Shown here piece by piece: positions 37,430-50,695 of a stretch of 64,000 nucleotides of DNA (its first letter is position 1; each line of letters begins with the position of its first letter). This DNA comes from Eledone cirrhosa. Lineage: Eukaryota. The stretch is from positions 187,240,001 through 187,304,000 of the forward strand of contig OZ024742.1 of NCBI GenBank assembly GCA_964016885.1, read 5' to 3'. Made by a program: the position numbers and the translations under genes. The notes below the pieces were generated by a model, which ran no database searches, had not been told where the DNA came from, and was given only the letters and a program-made list of their open reading frames with translations.

Positions 37430-37430
37430 C
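33906..37430 (+). mobile_element. Second Tx1 LINE (related subfamily), 5'-truncated in ORF1, with an internal deletion
   Basis: Collinear with 29925-33880. ORF2 starts at ATG 34212. HEGTKA joins directly to EFKILAK (~435 bp missing). Ends AATAAAGAAATC(ATT)n. Confidence 0.93.
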
Positions 37431-38012
37431 ATTGTTCTTTATCTTAGTCTTTAAGAAACCGTCGAATAGGAGGAATGTATCGTTCGAAGAATTCCCTTAC
37501 GATAAAAGCCAACAAAATATACAAAGCCGCAATAAAAACAACAATTAAAAGCAACAACAACAACAACATTAAACACAAAAATAAAATAAGCCCCCAAAAA
37601 ATAACAAAGAACAACAAAAGAAATTAAAAAATAAAGAAAACAAGCAACTGGCGCATTTTCTAAGGTTGATATAACATATTAATACCTTAGAGAAATGTTT
37701 AGTCTATCAGTACTCCTTGCTATGTTACCTATTGGTGCTTTCACATAGATTTTTATACCGTTTCTTCGATTTTCTCCGTTATCAACTATGAGAGTTCACA
37801 CAGAAATTCATGAAAGAGTCTATAGATAAGGAAGACTGGTTATAAATCAAGACGAACGGCTCCAGAAATGTTTGTATTGCATTTAATAGATTCGGTGGAG
37901 GGGTGGCTGCGGGGAGGAAGGTCTCAGAGGAATTTCATCTATCAATTGGTTCACTGGTCCAACTTGAAGAAAGTTACTTTCATTTATAAAATCATCCATC
38001 ATCATATTACGC

Positions 38013-38045
<33 letters not shown>

Positions 38046-38067
38046 TGTATGTATGTATGTATGTATG

Positions 38068-41000
38068 TCTCTTTCTCTTAATTTCGAGTATATTTTTTTG
38101 ACCGGCCACCTTCCTGGTGGCAAGGTTGTAAAAGAAAAGAAATTGTCATCCCTTGAATCGCAAGAATGTTTCCAAATTTTGAAGGTGCCAGCTATCGCAG
38201 CTATTTGTAGACTATGAATTAGGGAGCTGCGCTTTTTGTCCGCAAATCCAAGTTCAGTCATACTTTGGTCCAAGCGGGTTGGTATATAACCCGTAGCTCC
38301 AATAATGATGGGTATGAAGCTAAAGGTGTATCTTGGATACTGGATTTGTAAACTCCTCATCAATGGTCCGTAGATGTCCTCCTTCTCCTGTATTTTTCTG
38401 ACAACTTTTACATCAAGTGGGCAGCTGATCTCCACAACAGAACACGTTTTCAATGTGTGGTCCCAAACAACAATATCAGGCCGGTTGTGCTTTAATTTGG
38501 TGGCAGTTTTTATTTTCAGGTTCCACCAGTATTCCTTAGTGCCATCTGTCTCAATATATTCTTCCTCGTTTGTTGTTAATTTTGTTTTCCGAAGTGCGTT
38601 CCAGATGGTTCTAGCTATCCCATCGTGTCTCATGGGGAGGTTGTAGCGAGATGACATTCTTTCGCAGCTGGCAACAATGTGGCTTACATCCTCGATCTTT
38701 GTTTTACATAGCCTACATTTATTGTCAGCTGCTGGCCCTCCTTTTTTGTGCAGCAGATATTTGGTAGGGAGTTCTTGTTCCTGTATTGCATAGAGATATC
38801 CCTCAAGGTGTGATGTCATAAACTTGTCGGAACTCCATGCCAGGCTTTTTGAGTGGTTTATCCCCTCTATGATCTGTGTTTTACGCCTGAAGTATCCATG
38901 CACAACTTTTTTCTGTAATTGGTCAATTTTTTTAATCTTGTTTGAACATTGAATAGGATCTTCCGATTTCTCTGGGTGAGAGATTTATATCAGGCTTTAT
39001 TCCATATCTCTCCTCCAGATCAGTCGCTATTCTAATGATATTTTTTTTTTCATGCTCATAAACCTGGGAAAGATGGTTGCCAACCTTTTTCCTCTGTTGA
39101 AGGTGTTGCTTCAGTGTTACTATCCGGGTGTCATATGTTGTTAATATTGATTTTAGACCCCGGCCACCTTCCTTGCGTGAGAAGTATAGCCTATCCACAT
39201 CACCATTGATGTTAAAGTTCCCAGTAACACTGAGAAGTTTTCGAGTTCTAACATCCATCTCACTTAGTTCTTGCAATGACCAGTTCAGCAGGCCAAATGT
39301 TGGCGTTAGAATTGGCACAGCATAAGTATTGTGGGCAATGTATTTGTTGTATGCTGACAGTTCTGATGACCATATTTTCTTTACTCTTCTGAGGTATTCA
39401 GTTCTGGCTCTCTCCTTATTTATGGGTCCATCATATCTGACATTCTCATCCTGTCCAAGATATCTGTAGTTGTCACCTAACTGCAGAGGTTGTATTGTCA
39501 GGCCGTTCATCTCTAGATTTCTAGAGGAGCGCACATCTCTTCCACGTTTTACTGCCAAATATGCACACTTGGACTCACCAAATTTCATTTTGATGTCGGT
39601 TGAAAATTGTGTAATGAGGTCCAATTGTTTCTTGATGTCATTGATATTTGGCTCATACAACTTCAGGTCCTCAACAAAGAAAAGATGGGAGATACTTCTG
39701 GGCCCACTTCTTTGTCCACCTTGTTTCCTGAGTAGGTAAGATAGTGGATTCAGTGAGAGAACGAAGAGTAGCTCTGACAAGCTATCACCCTGAAAGATGC
39801 CCTTCTGGTAATGTATCTTATCAGTCTTAACCTGCTCCTTCTCACCTCTAAGGATCAAATTGGTGTACCAGTTCTTGGTCAGGCGTTCAACAGCAGCTAC
39901 CAATGGTTGTGGGACTTTAGATAACTGTAAAGCCTTAATAATCCACCCATGAGGTACACTATCAAATGCTTTTTGATAGTCCAGCCACACCACAGTCATG
40001 TTTCTGCGATTCTTTGTTGTTTTTTTCTGAATCATTTTGTTAGTTAGTAGGTGATCTATGCAACCCCACACCTCCCTCTTTCTACCAGCTTGCTCAGGTG
40101 TTATGATGTTGTTGGTAGCACAGTGATCCTGTAAGAACAGGTTAAGGCATCCAGTATATAATTTATACATGATGTTTTGGCATGCAATTGGGCGGTAATT
40201 TTTAGCAAGGGTGGTTTGGCTATTTTGGGGAATGAGGAGAGTAGTGGCAGTTGATAACCATCTGGGCAGTTCTTGTGTGCCCTTAATGGTTTCTGTAAAC
40301 AGCCGTATGAGATCTTGCCGATAGAAAGTGAAATTCTTCAACCAGTATCCTGTAATGAGGTCTGGGCCTGGCGATTTCCTATTCGACATTTTCTGTAGAG
40401 CTGTTTCTAGTATTGACCAATCTATGTCATATTGTTTTGTCTGGACATGTTGGCAGTAGTCCTGTTCCAGTTCTTTTAACCAATTAGCTTGTCTGTTGAA
40501 TCCGTCATCCGTTTCCCATACATATCTCCAGTAGCTCTCAACCTATTCTTTTGAAGGGGTGTCGTTTACAGGGATTGAGATTTTGCCACCGAAGCTGCGA
40601 TAAACTGATTTAGGATCTCTGGCAAACAATCTATTTAGCACTTGTCGTTTATGTGCTGTTGACTTATATTTTAGTCTTTCTGTTGTAGCTGTGAGTTGTT
40701 GTTTCAACTGGTGTAATTTGGAGTTCAAAGTTTTAAATTTTGTATCTCCAAATCGTCTCTCTAACTTTTTCTTTAGGTCTTCCTGGTGTCGTGTGAAGTT
40801 GCTCTCTATGTTGCATTTCATAACGACTGCGATGTGTGAGATACTTCGTCTCAGGGACAACATTTTGGTTTTTAAATTTCGCATCCACGCTGGTTCAGGC
40901 TTTCTGTTTGTATCTTGATTGCGTGGTTTTAGATGTGTGTTATATGATAGCAATGTGACAGCTGAAACATATAACAAAACATTAAGCGTTTCAAATGTCG

Positions 41001-42281
41001 TTTCTACACCTTTAGATCGTATAGCCTTCAGATAATTGCCAGCTATTTCGTTCACCGCTCCCAATTCCAATTTAGTGGGTTCTTTACTGATTCTAGTGTT
41101 GTATGGTCTGTCACTAACATTAAGGCTGTGTATCTCTTGAAACATATCGTTCCATATCACTTGTAGGGTGTCCACAAGTTTTTGGTGCTCTGTTTGTTCA
41201 GTAGAGTCATGAATTTCAGCCTCGTTGTTGATGTAATGACAATTACTACTAGAGTTAGCTGACCTTTCTCGTTGTTCTTCAGTGGAAGTGGGATGGATTT
41301 CAGCAAAATTGTTGGTGAGCTGTTCACTGTTAGATTTAGCTGGCCATTCTCTTTGTCTGTCAGTGGAGGTGGGGTGGTTGTCTACAAGGGCTGCATTTGT
41401 AGTATCACTCAATTCCGTTAGATGTATCAATTTACATCTAATGATACGTTTTGCCTGTTCATTTAAATGCTTTGGAGAAAAGTCTAATTCTGGGTGTTTG
41501 GAGTTCCATAAAGTTTTTAACCTTTGCATAAAACCGAACTTTTGGGGTTCAGATTGTTTGTATACATCATATAATAATTTGTTAAGCGCGTAGCTCCACT
41601 GTGTCCAACGGTTGTAGTTGCGATTTGGTCGAAGGGGACTTGTACTCTTTGCCATGATGAGTTCGTCTATTCACTAATATTTCGTATTTATTTTTGAAAA
41701 TAGTCGATGATCTTCTTTAAAAGTTTCGACAAAGTTCTGTCAGAATCAAATTTAAAGTTATTCACAGCTTGGGTAATATTTCTTTTCAGTTAGTTTTTAA
41801 TTCTACAACTGCGTTTTAAACGTTGTTCTTGAATCGTTTGAATCGAGAACAAAAAGAACCGTTACTTAGTATATTCCTTTATGAATGTATTATAATATAA
41901 CAACGCTGTATTTATATGTTAAAGTTTATGTATCATTCATATAAATAGCTGTTCTAAAAGATATTCACAGTTCAAACACTTATGTTTTTGTTTCTGAATC
42001 GAAACCGTTGCTTGTATATTTCTTTATAAATGTAATATTAAATACGTTGCATTTATATGTTAAAGTGTATGTATCGTTCATATATCATAAGTGTATGTAT
42101 CGTTCATATAAATAGGTGTTTTACAACACACTTACAGTTCAAACTCTTATGTAGAATTATTGTATGTAATCTTACCGCCTAATGTAGCACAACTTTTTCC
42201 AATATATGGTATGTTGCATTCATGTAAGCCGTAATTACACACGTCCGATTATCGGACACTGACCACAACGGTCGCCATTTT
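38068..42281 (-). mobile_element. Near full-length R4/Dong-like non-LTR retrotransposon (single ORF: RT + CCHC + RLE)
   Basis: KSPGPD, NYRPIAC.N.MYK, WLDYQKAFDSVPH, GIFQGDSLS, SHLFFVEDLKLY, YRYLG, RKEGGRGL, HG.F, AIQEQ, CRLC....E...HIVASC, RHD, RPDIV.WD..K.C..VEISCP, K..EK...Y, PIIIGATG. Both ends abut (CATA)n. Confidence 0.92.
38140..41655 (-). pseudogene. R4-type RT-RLE polyprotein with one in-frame TAG (40543), a frameshift near 38930 and DD to ED in the RT motif
   Basis: ORFs 40543-41655 and 38932-40389 are in the same frame across a single stop. 38007-38903 continues in another frame. Confidence 0.88.
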
Positions 42282-42293
42282 TATGTATGTATG

Positions 42294-42327
<34 letters not shown>

Positions 42328-42617
42328 TGTATGTATGTATGTATGTATGTATGAATGCGTGTATGTATGTAGGTATGCGTGTGTGTATCTATGTTTGTAT
42401 GTATGTACGGCATGGATACGGCACACACAAATATATATATATATATATATGTGTGTGTGTATATATATATATATATAATTATATATATCCATACATCCAT
42501 CCATGCATATATATCTATATATCATATAATTATAAATATATATATATAGACGTACACACACACACATACACACACACACGTACACACACACACACACACA
42601 CGGACCCCCCCCCCCCC

Positions 42618-42658
<41 letters not shown>

Positions 42659-43774
42659 GATATTAAACAAATGGAAACTACATTTATAAAACCATATTTA
42701 TTTCATTATATATATTTCAGGGATATCATATTAAAAATATGGTATGCCCTCTTCAGACAAAATACAATATATAAACAGTTTTATAAATAAATTTGACATA
42801 CCTTACAACTTTACAACTTCCATTTAAAAAGTTGTTTTAGTAGTGAAAATGTTAAGGACAGTTAGAAAGAAAGACGAAGAGAAAAAAGAAAGAAAGTGTA
42901 TAGTGCTAAGGACAGTTAGAGAGGAAGGCGAAGAAAATGAAGAAATGTATGTAAAGAAAAAAACAACAGAGCGAGATAGAGAGAGAGAGATATGGGAGAG
43001 AGAAATATTGAGGAGGTGAAAAATGAATAACGTACAAATGAGAGATTTAGGAGGGAAGGGGGTACTGTAATTATTTATTTATTTATTTATTTATTTAGTT
43101 ATAGTGTTAAGGATACGGAGAGAAATAAAAATAAATAAAGAGAGGTAGAAAGAGATATAGGTGGTGGGAGAAAAGAGGTAGATCGAGTAATATCTATTAT
43201 ACGAGGTGGGAGAGATAGGGGAGGGGTGAGATACAGGAGGTAGAGTTAAATCGGCCGATACATAAGTCCCGTCAAGTGTAGAGGGAGGAGGAGAAGAGAT
43301 ATATTCAGAAATAAAGATGATAGTTTTAAAATATTATGTTTCATCAGTCTATCAATTCTTATGAATTAGGTATTATAATGTAAATATCAATATTCATGAA
43401 TGAGACACATATCAATAATGTGTGAACAAATAATGACTAATGTTTAGTTTAAAAATTCTTAGGTTTATAATCAAAATCTGAGATAAAACTTCAAAAAAAT
43501 ACTGAAATACATAAGTATATATGTATTTTCATGAAAAAAGAAAAAGAAAAAAAAAAGAAGAAAAAAAAGAAAAAAGAGAAAGAAAAAGAGAAGGTTATCT
43601 CAAATTCAAGTTGACATTATAGACACACATGTGAGTTTACGTGATCAGCTCTGTAAATTTTTATTTCACATGAAAATCTTCATTGCGTTACAAAAGATTC
43701 TACCATACATATATGTACATACATATATATATATACATAAAATATACATTATTAATAATAATATTCTTGCCCTC

Positions 43775-44375
43775 TTGCACACGCAGACACCAAACGCAAT
43801 ATACGATGTCGTTTTCAATGAGGCGGTCATTTGTCTTGAAAACAGTGTCCTGGAAATTGGTGGTAGGCCTCTAAGTCACTACAGCTTACCTGCTCCTGAC
43901 AGGAGTGTCCAGAGCTCAACGTCTACAGAACTTCTCCGCGAGATGAGCTACGAAATCAGTGATTCTCCCATGGTCAATTTATGTAGGATGCTCTAGGGTG
44001 AGCTGGCCAAACAATCTCTTCATCTTTGCTCCGGAGGGCCGAACAAAAAATATTGTATACTCTGAGGCTCTATCAATGTAATTTAAATATTTTATGTTAC
44101 TTGGAATATCCATTATGGTTGTACAAATTATTGTTTGTTAAAAAATGTGTTCTTTGTTCAGCCTTTATTGTTGTAACTATCAATTTTCTTTAACGTACTG
44201 GCTGATGAACTGGGAAAAACTAAAAATTATTCCAACCCAACATCAGAGCAAGTTAACCCCCACCCTCGCTGACTTGAGAGGCCGTGCGGTATCTTTGCAC
44301 TGGAGTATAGGGGGATTTCTTAAAAGATAAAATGTCGGTATACCCAGCCGGGCGCCATCCAGACGGGTCAGCTAG
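43775..44375 (+). mobile_element. Helitron 3' portion, same family as 2150-2695
   Basis: ACGATGTCGTTTTCAATGAGGCG..AAAACAGTGTCCTGGA..TTTGCACTGGAGT is shared. Ends in a hairpin plus CTAG (44372-44375), then T in (AT)n. Confidence 0.88.
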
Positions 44376-44382
44376 TATATAT

Positions 44383-44460
<78 letters not shown>

Positions 44461-44514
44461 GAACCCCCCCCCCCCACACATATATACTTGTAAATGCGTG
44501 TCTACATGTTAAAA

Positions 44515-44602
44515 CATATCTGAGAAGGTTCCGATTCCAGAGTCAAGTTCGATCATTGATAGATCGTTTCTCCAGCTGATCGAGAGTGAAACATGTAATA
44601 TG
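44515..44602 (+). ncRNA. Hammerhead-like motif with long stem II (core CUGAGAA)
   Basis: cauau CUGAGAA gguuccgau..(~45 nt)..aucgagagu GAAAC au GUA auaug. Downstream GTTAAGGGTGAAAGCAGCGAT is shared with 512-532 and, inverted, 20899-20919. Confidence 0.55.
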
Positions 44603-45565
44603 CAATTAAATATGTATATGAAGTGACACTGCTTCTTTGTTCCCTTATATATTAATACTTTAGAAAATCCCGTTAAGGGTGAAAGCAGCGATTCTTTGCT
44701 TAATGTTATTTTAATATATATATATATATACATATATACATGTTCTACAGTTTAACTAATAGGTAGCTGGGTATGTGATCCTGTCATTCCAATCAGCAGT
44801 CCGTGATGCAATAAGCAATAGCATTCGCCGTTATATGTATCTTCCATCATGAATGTAGTACCATGTAGTTGTTACAGGACCGGAGTGAGATATTTCAACT
44901 AAAAACATAAGAAGGCCGAATTCCATAAATCTCCATAATTGTTGCACAATACGTATTTCTGAGGTTTATTTGCGTTATCAGACAATGACTCAAAACAACC
45001 GTCGACTTCATCAGATGGTTTGAAAATAATAGATTTATGTAAGTGATCCTTATTGGGGCACTAGAATGAAACAGTTATATTCCTATAGAAACAATATATA
45101 AAATATAGCTGGCTATACTCTACTAACGTATTAAGTACTGGATATATTAGGTGTTAACACCATTAATCATGTCTTAACTTTGATGTATTCTGTTCCCTCT
45201 CAACCTTGTCTAAATTTGCTTCCTTTCTCTTCTGGAAGTAAACAACAAAATTAATATCGGTGTTTTATTTTGCGAAGAATATAATACCTTCCCATTGATT
45301 AGAACTGGCGTCTCTTCAATATTATAGGATAAACACGGTAGCCAATATAATGTTTATACGGTGACCGTCTGTGATTTCTTCAGATCTGTTATTTAGATTG
45401 ATTTCAAGATGATGATATCCATGGATGCTGGCTTCACCTGTCATAATAGAAATATTCTTCTTTACAAAAACCATCATTATTCAACTTCAGCTCTCTCACA
45501 AACACACTCTCTCTACTCTCTCTCTCTCTCTACTCTCTCGCTCTCTACTCTCTCTCTCCCTCCTC

Positions 45566-45611
<46 letters not shown>

Positions 45612-45649
45612 GTTAGTACTGCCTCTCTGTTTTGTTCCCGTTCCATTTT

Positions 45650-45680
<31 letters not shown>

Positions 45681-45690
45681 GATATATATG

Positions 45691-45746
<56 letters not shown>

Positions 45747-45747
45747 C

Positions 45748-46335
45748 TATCATATATTCATTTGTATTACACGTCTCAGAAATATTCCTTTCTTTGAGCT
45801 ATTTAATTGTAAAAGACTATTTCAGTTTATAACTCTATATATAATATTCTTGGCTCCATACGTGAGCTAATTTTTAGTCCCATAAAACCAGCTGCTATTT
45901 TTAGCGGCACAAGTATAGGATGTGCTAAGCGCTGTGACACATGTGCTTTCAACAACACATTTCTCTCAGTCTTCTTAAGTATTTTGAAGTGAAACTTACC
46001 AATTTCTGGATACCTGCAGAAGAGCACAAAAAATAGGAACTTTCACTTAATTGTTGCGAAAGAAATTAAAAATTTGTCCAGGAATCACGGCTATTGCCAA
46101 TATAGGTTTGTTTTTATTGATTTATTATTTTAAATCGAGACAGGCAGACCGTATTATTTTAATTAGTATTTTTCAATCTAGCTAACTTGGTCAATTGCAA
46201 TGCGAACACATGTACACTTGTATCAGTGTTTATCCCTATCATATATTCATTTGTATTACATGGCTCAGAAATGTTCCTTTCTTTGAGCTATTTAATTGTA
46301 AAAGACTATTTGCGGTTATAACTCTATATATATAT
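45748..46335. repeat. ~97-bp direct repeats about 490 bp apart
   Basis: CTATCATATATTCATTTGTATTACA..CTCAGAAAT.TTCCTTTCTTTGAGCTATTTAATTGTAAAAGACTATTT occurs at 45748 and 46237. Confidence 0.85.
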
Positions 46336-46346
46336 TCTTATAGACG

Positions 46347-46416
<70 letters not shown>

Positions 46417-46546
46417 CGTCTATAAGAATAAAATAAGAGTTTTATTTCTCGCTCTAACACAGTTGAGACATAAAAGTATGCATGCATACACACACACACA
46501 CACACACACATACACACACACACATATATATATATATATGTATATA

Positions 46547-46780
46547 TTTTAAGCTGTGCCGTGCCAGTGGTCGATCGTCACCTGGTTGATCAACATTACC
46601 TTTGAGGAACAATCAATATATTTCGGCAGCCGGTGTGTACTTAGGAAAATACTATCTATTTTCACCCGTTCAACGCATTGGCAGAGAAGTATACAGTCTT
46701 GAGGAAGGATAATGACCCAAAAAACATGTTCATTGTTCCCCAAAGCCAGTGATTGGTCACCGACACGGCACGGCTTCAAA
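46547..46780. repeat. Fold-back / MITE-like element with ~35-bp imperfect inverted termini
   Basis: AAGCTGTGCCGTGCCAGTGGTCGATC pairs with GATTGGTCACCGACACGGCACGGCTT. Confidence 0.6.
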
Positions 46781-46877
46781 TTGGACTCATTTGTTTACAA
46801 ACGAATCGAACATTATTATTAATGTTCGATATAAACCCATACACTCATATCTATATGTAAATATGTATGTGTGTATA

Positions 46878-47595
<718 letters not shown>

Positions 47596-47659
47596 ATATA
47601 TATATATTTAAAGAATGAAGATTAACATGGTTGGCTGTACAATAAGGGCTTTATTTAAA

Positions 47660-47770
47660 GTACTGACAATTGTTTCCTTGGTCATGTGGGTCTAAAGTTC
47701 GCTAATGGTTTGAGGTTGCGTTATTCGATCTCCAATACATTATTCACCTCTGGTCAACACAACAGGGTAC
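47660..47770 (-). ncRNA. Degenerate hammerhead motif with very long stem II
   Basis: Minus strand: guacc CUGUUGU ..(~80 nt).. GAAAC aauu GUC aguac. Palindromic stem III is ACAAUUGU. The core has two substitutions. Confidence 0.4.
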
Positions 47771-48364
47771 GTAGATATCAAATTAATTCACTCGAGGCAA
47801 GACTTATATAGAAAAATAGCGTATCATTAAAACAATAACATCAATAATAAAATAGCGTATAATCTAAACAATAACACCAATAATAATACATGTATGGTAA
47901 ATGGATAGATAAGTTACAGATGTAAAAAGTAAAAGTAAAATATAAGATAGGGTACATTAAAAAGCAAGAAAAAGAGAGAATGGAAAATATAAAGAGATAA
48001 ACAAATAAATAAGTGAGAGCGTGTAAGTACATAGTAGTAGTTTTTGAGTAAGTGTTCGTATAAGGATTCGTTGGTGGGAAACTAGATTCGAGATGTACAT
48101 AGATACGTGTACAGGGTCCGATAAAAGAGACAATAAATTAGAGATTAATTGCTAGATGCATGTATGATATTTATGGGCTAGGGATGACAAGACATTCTTT
48201 AACTATTACTACTTCAAGTATAAACTGCATAGAGATTACCGCGAACTTGCTGCATAATTATGGAAGCATCTTGTTGAGACGAAAAGAGCCGTTCATTAAA
48301 ACTATCCACGACGCAGAGTACTCATAACCTCTAACTGGATTACCTATAACGATAACTTGTTATC

Positions 48365-48421
<57 letters not shown>

Positions 48422-48423
48422 TT

Positions 48424-48474
<51 letters not shown>

Positions 48475-48505
48475 AGATTAAAAGATGGTTAAAAGAGTTC
48501 CATGT

Positions 48506-48574
48506 ATTTTATTATGCGCATTTCAAAAACAAATATCATCATGCAATAACATTTGCGTTTTCGTCAGATAAAAT
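48506..48574 (-). ncRNA. Hammerhead ribozyme motif, AUA triplet (mirror copy)
   Basis: Reverse complement of 48688-48756. Confidence 0.75.
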
Positions 48575-48687
48575 ATGGAGACATGATATGAAGGTTAAAA
48601 CACACTTGTGAATAGTGCAGTTTTAAATCAACATATTAAAACTGCACTATTAACAAGTGTGTTTTAACCTTCATATTATGTCTCCCT

Positions 48688-48756
48688 ATTTTATCTGACG
48701 AAAACGCAAATGTTATTGCATGATGATATTTGTTTTTGAAATGCGCATAATAAAAT
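48688..48756 (+). ncRNA. Hammerhead ribozyme motif, AUA triplet (family D)
   Basis: auuuuau CUGACGA [14-bp stem II] GAAA ugcgc AUA auaaaau. Stem I is a perfect 7 bp; stem III is the palindrome AUGCGCAU. Confidence 0.75.
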
Positions 48757-48883
48757 ACATGGAACTCTTTTAACCGTCTTTTAATCTTATATATTATTTA
48801 TACTCCAGTCCTACAAACTGTAGAGTGCTTCTTATCCGATATCTTCATTGCTTTATTGTACTACAATAAAACTCACCTCCTAC

Positions 48884-48948
<65 letters not shown>

Positions 48949-48993
48949 GCGCGCCAGTGTGTGTGTGTGTGTGTGTGTACGTACGTATACTTA

Positions 48994-49125
<132 letters not shown>

Positions 49126-50096
49126 TGTATCTCGGGTTCAGGCGGGGCTAACTAAAGTAAGTAAGGTACTCAATACATAGCACAGTATTAATTTTTACTA
49201 TAGAAAGGCCTTTTACAGGACTAGAACTGCTTCATTCGTGTGTGTGTGTATCCTTTCTCTCTCTCTTCCATCTTTTAAATTTCACAATGATTTATACAAG
49301 CTGCTCTTTTCTCATATCACCGGGAATAGTTTTCTCAACGTGTCTTTCTCATCCTTTCCTCTATTAACTCTCCTAAGGCTTCTTTCAACCAATTTCTGTA
49401 ATCGCGAATACGATTTTGAACTTTGCAACAAATGAGTTATATGTGTAATACAACCACACACACACACCCACACACACACGCACACACATATATGTATATA
49501 TAAATGTGTATGTATGTATGTATATATATATCTATATATATATATATCTATATATATATATATATGTATGTATATATATATGTATATATGTATATATATA
49601 TATATATATAATTTTTTATGAGAAACATTTTATATAAAATATTGAAACGTTTGTGAAAGCGGTGACAAATGAAATGGCATTAATAATAATAATAATGATA
49701 ATAATAATAATCATAGTAATAATAATGATATTAATAATTATCATTATTGTTGTTGTTGTTATTTTCATGAAAATTATTATAGTGATAATGATAATTATAA
49801 CAAGTCAACACATTACAAACAAACATTAACACACACATTACTTCTATCATCCTCATGAGTGACATCAACAAAAACAATATCAACAACAACAGCAATGATA
49901 TATTTAATATCAATAGCATCAAACTAATAATATATAAATGATAAAAAATAATATGAAAAAAATGAAAAAATCAAAATGGAAATAACAATAAAGTAAATGG
50001 CGCCCCTGGGGATTTTCAGTTTTATTTTGCTGAGAGAATCGTCTTTACAAAAAAGCAAAACAAATTAAAAAGGAAGAGAAAAGATTGACGGCTGAT

Positions 50097-50330
50097 AATG
50101 TATATATATATATATATATATACAGTATATATATATATATATATACAGTATATATATATATATACACACATATATATATATATTTATACTTATATGTATA
50201 TATATATTTATATATTTATATATATACAGTATATATATATATACATATATACATATATATATATACATACATATATATACATATATATATATATAAATAT
50301 ATATATACATACACACATACATACATGCAT

Positions 50331-50376
<46 letters not shown>

Positions 50377-50464
50377 GAAGTTGTTTTTCGCTAATTCCAA
50401 AGCCGAAATACGATTCTCGATAATTTATATTTGTATATATGTGTATATATATATATGTATATTC

Positions 50465-50514
<50 letters not shown>

Positions 50515-50579
50515 GTATATATATATGTATATACGTACATATATATATTATATATATATGTATATATATATATGTATAT

Positions 50580-50656
<77 letters not shown>

Positions 50657-50695
50657 CATAGGTACAAAAATATTTACAAAGATATATATAATATA
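50097..50695. repeat. Compound (AT)n/(CA)n low-complexity tract (similar tracts at 6190-6790, 8230-8770, 15820-16470, 42282-42660, 48885-49122)
   Basis: Direct inspection. The overlapping YIYI/HTHT ORFs are artefacts. Confidence 0.95.

Larger units (their letters stand above)
48465..48797. repeat. ~160-bp-arm near-perfect palindrome carrying one hammerhead per arm
   Basis: 48465-48626 is the reverse complement of 48636-48797, with a spacer of about 10 nt. Confidence 0.92.

Noticed and set aside
44985-45020. CTGATGA on the minus strand as a hammerhead
   Set aside because: No downstream GAAA or stem II, and no stem I partner found.
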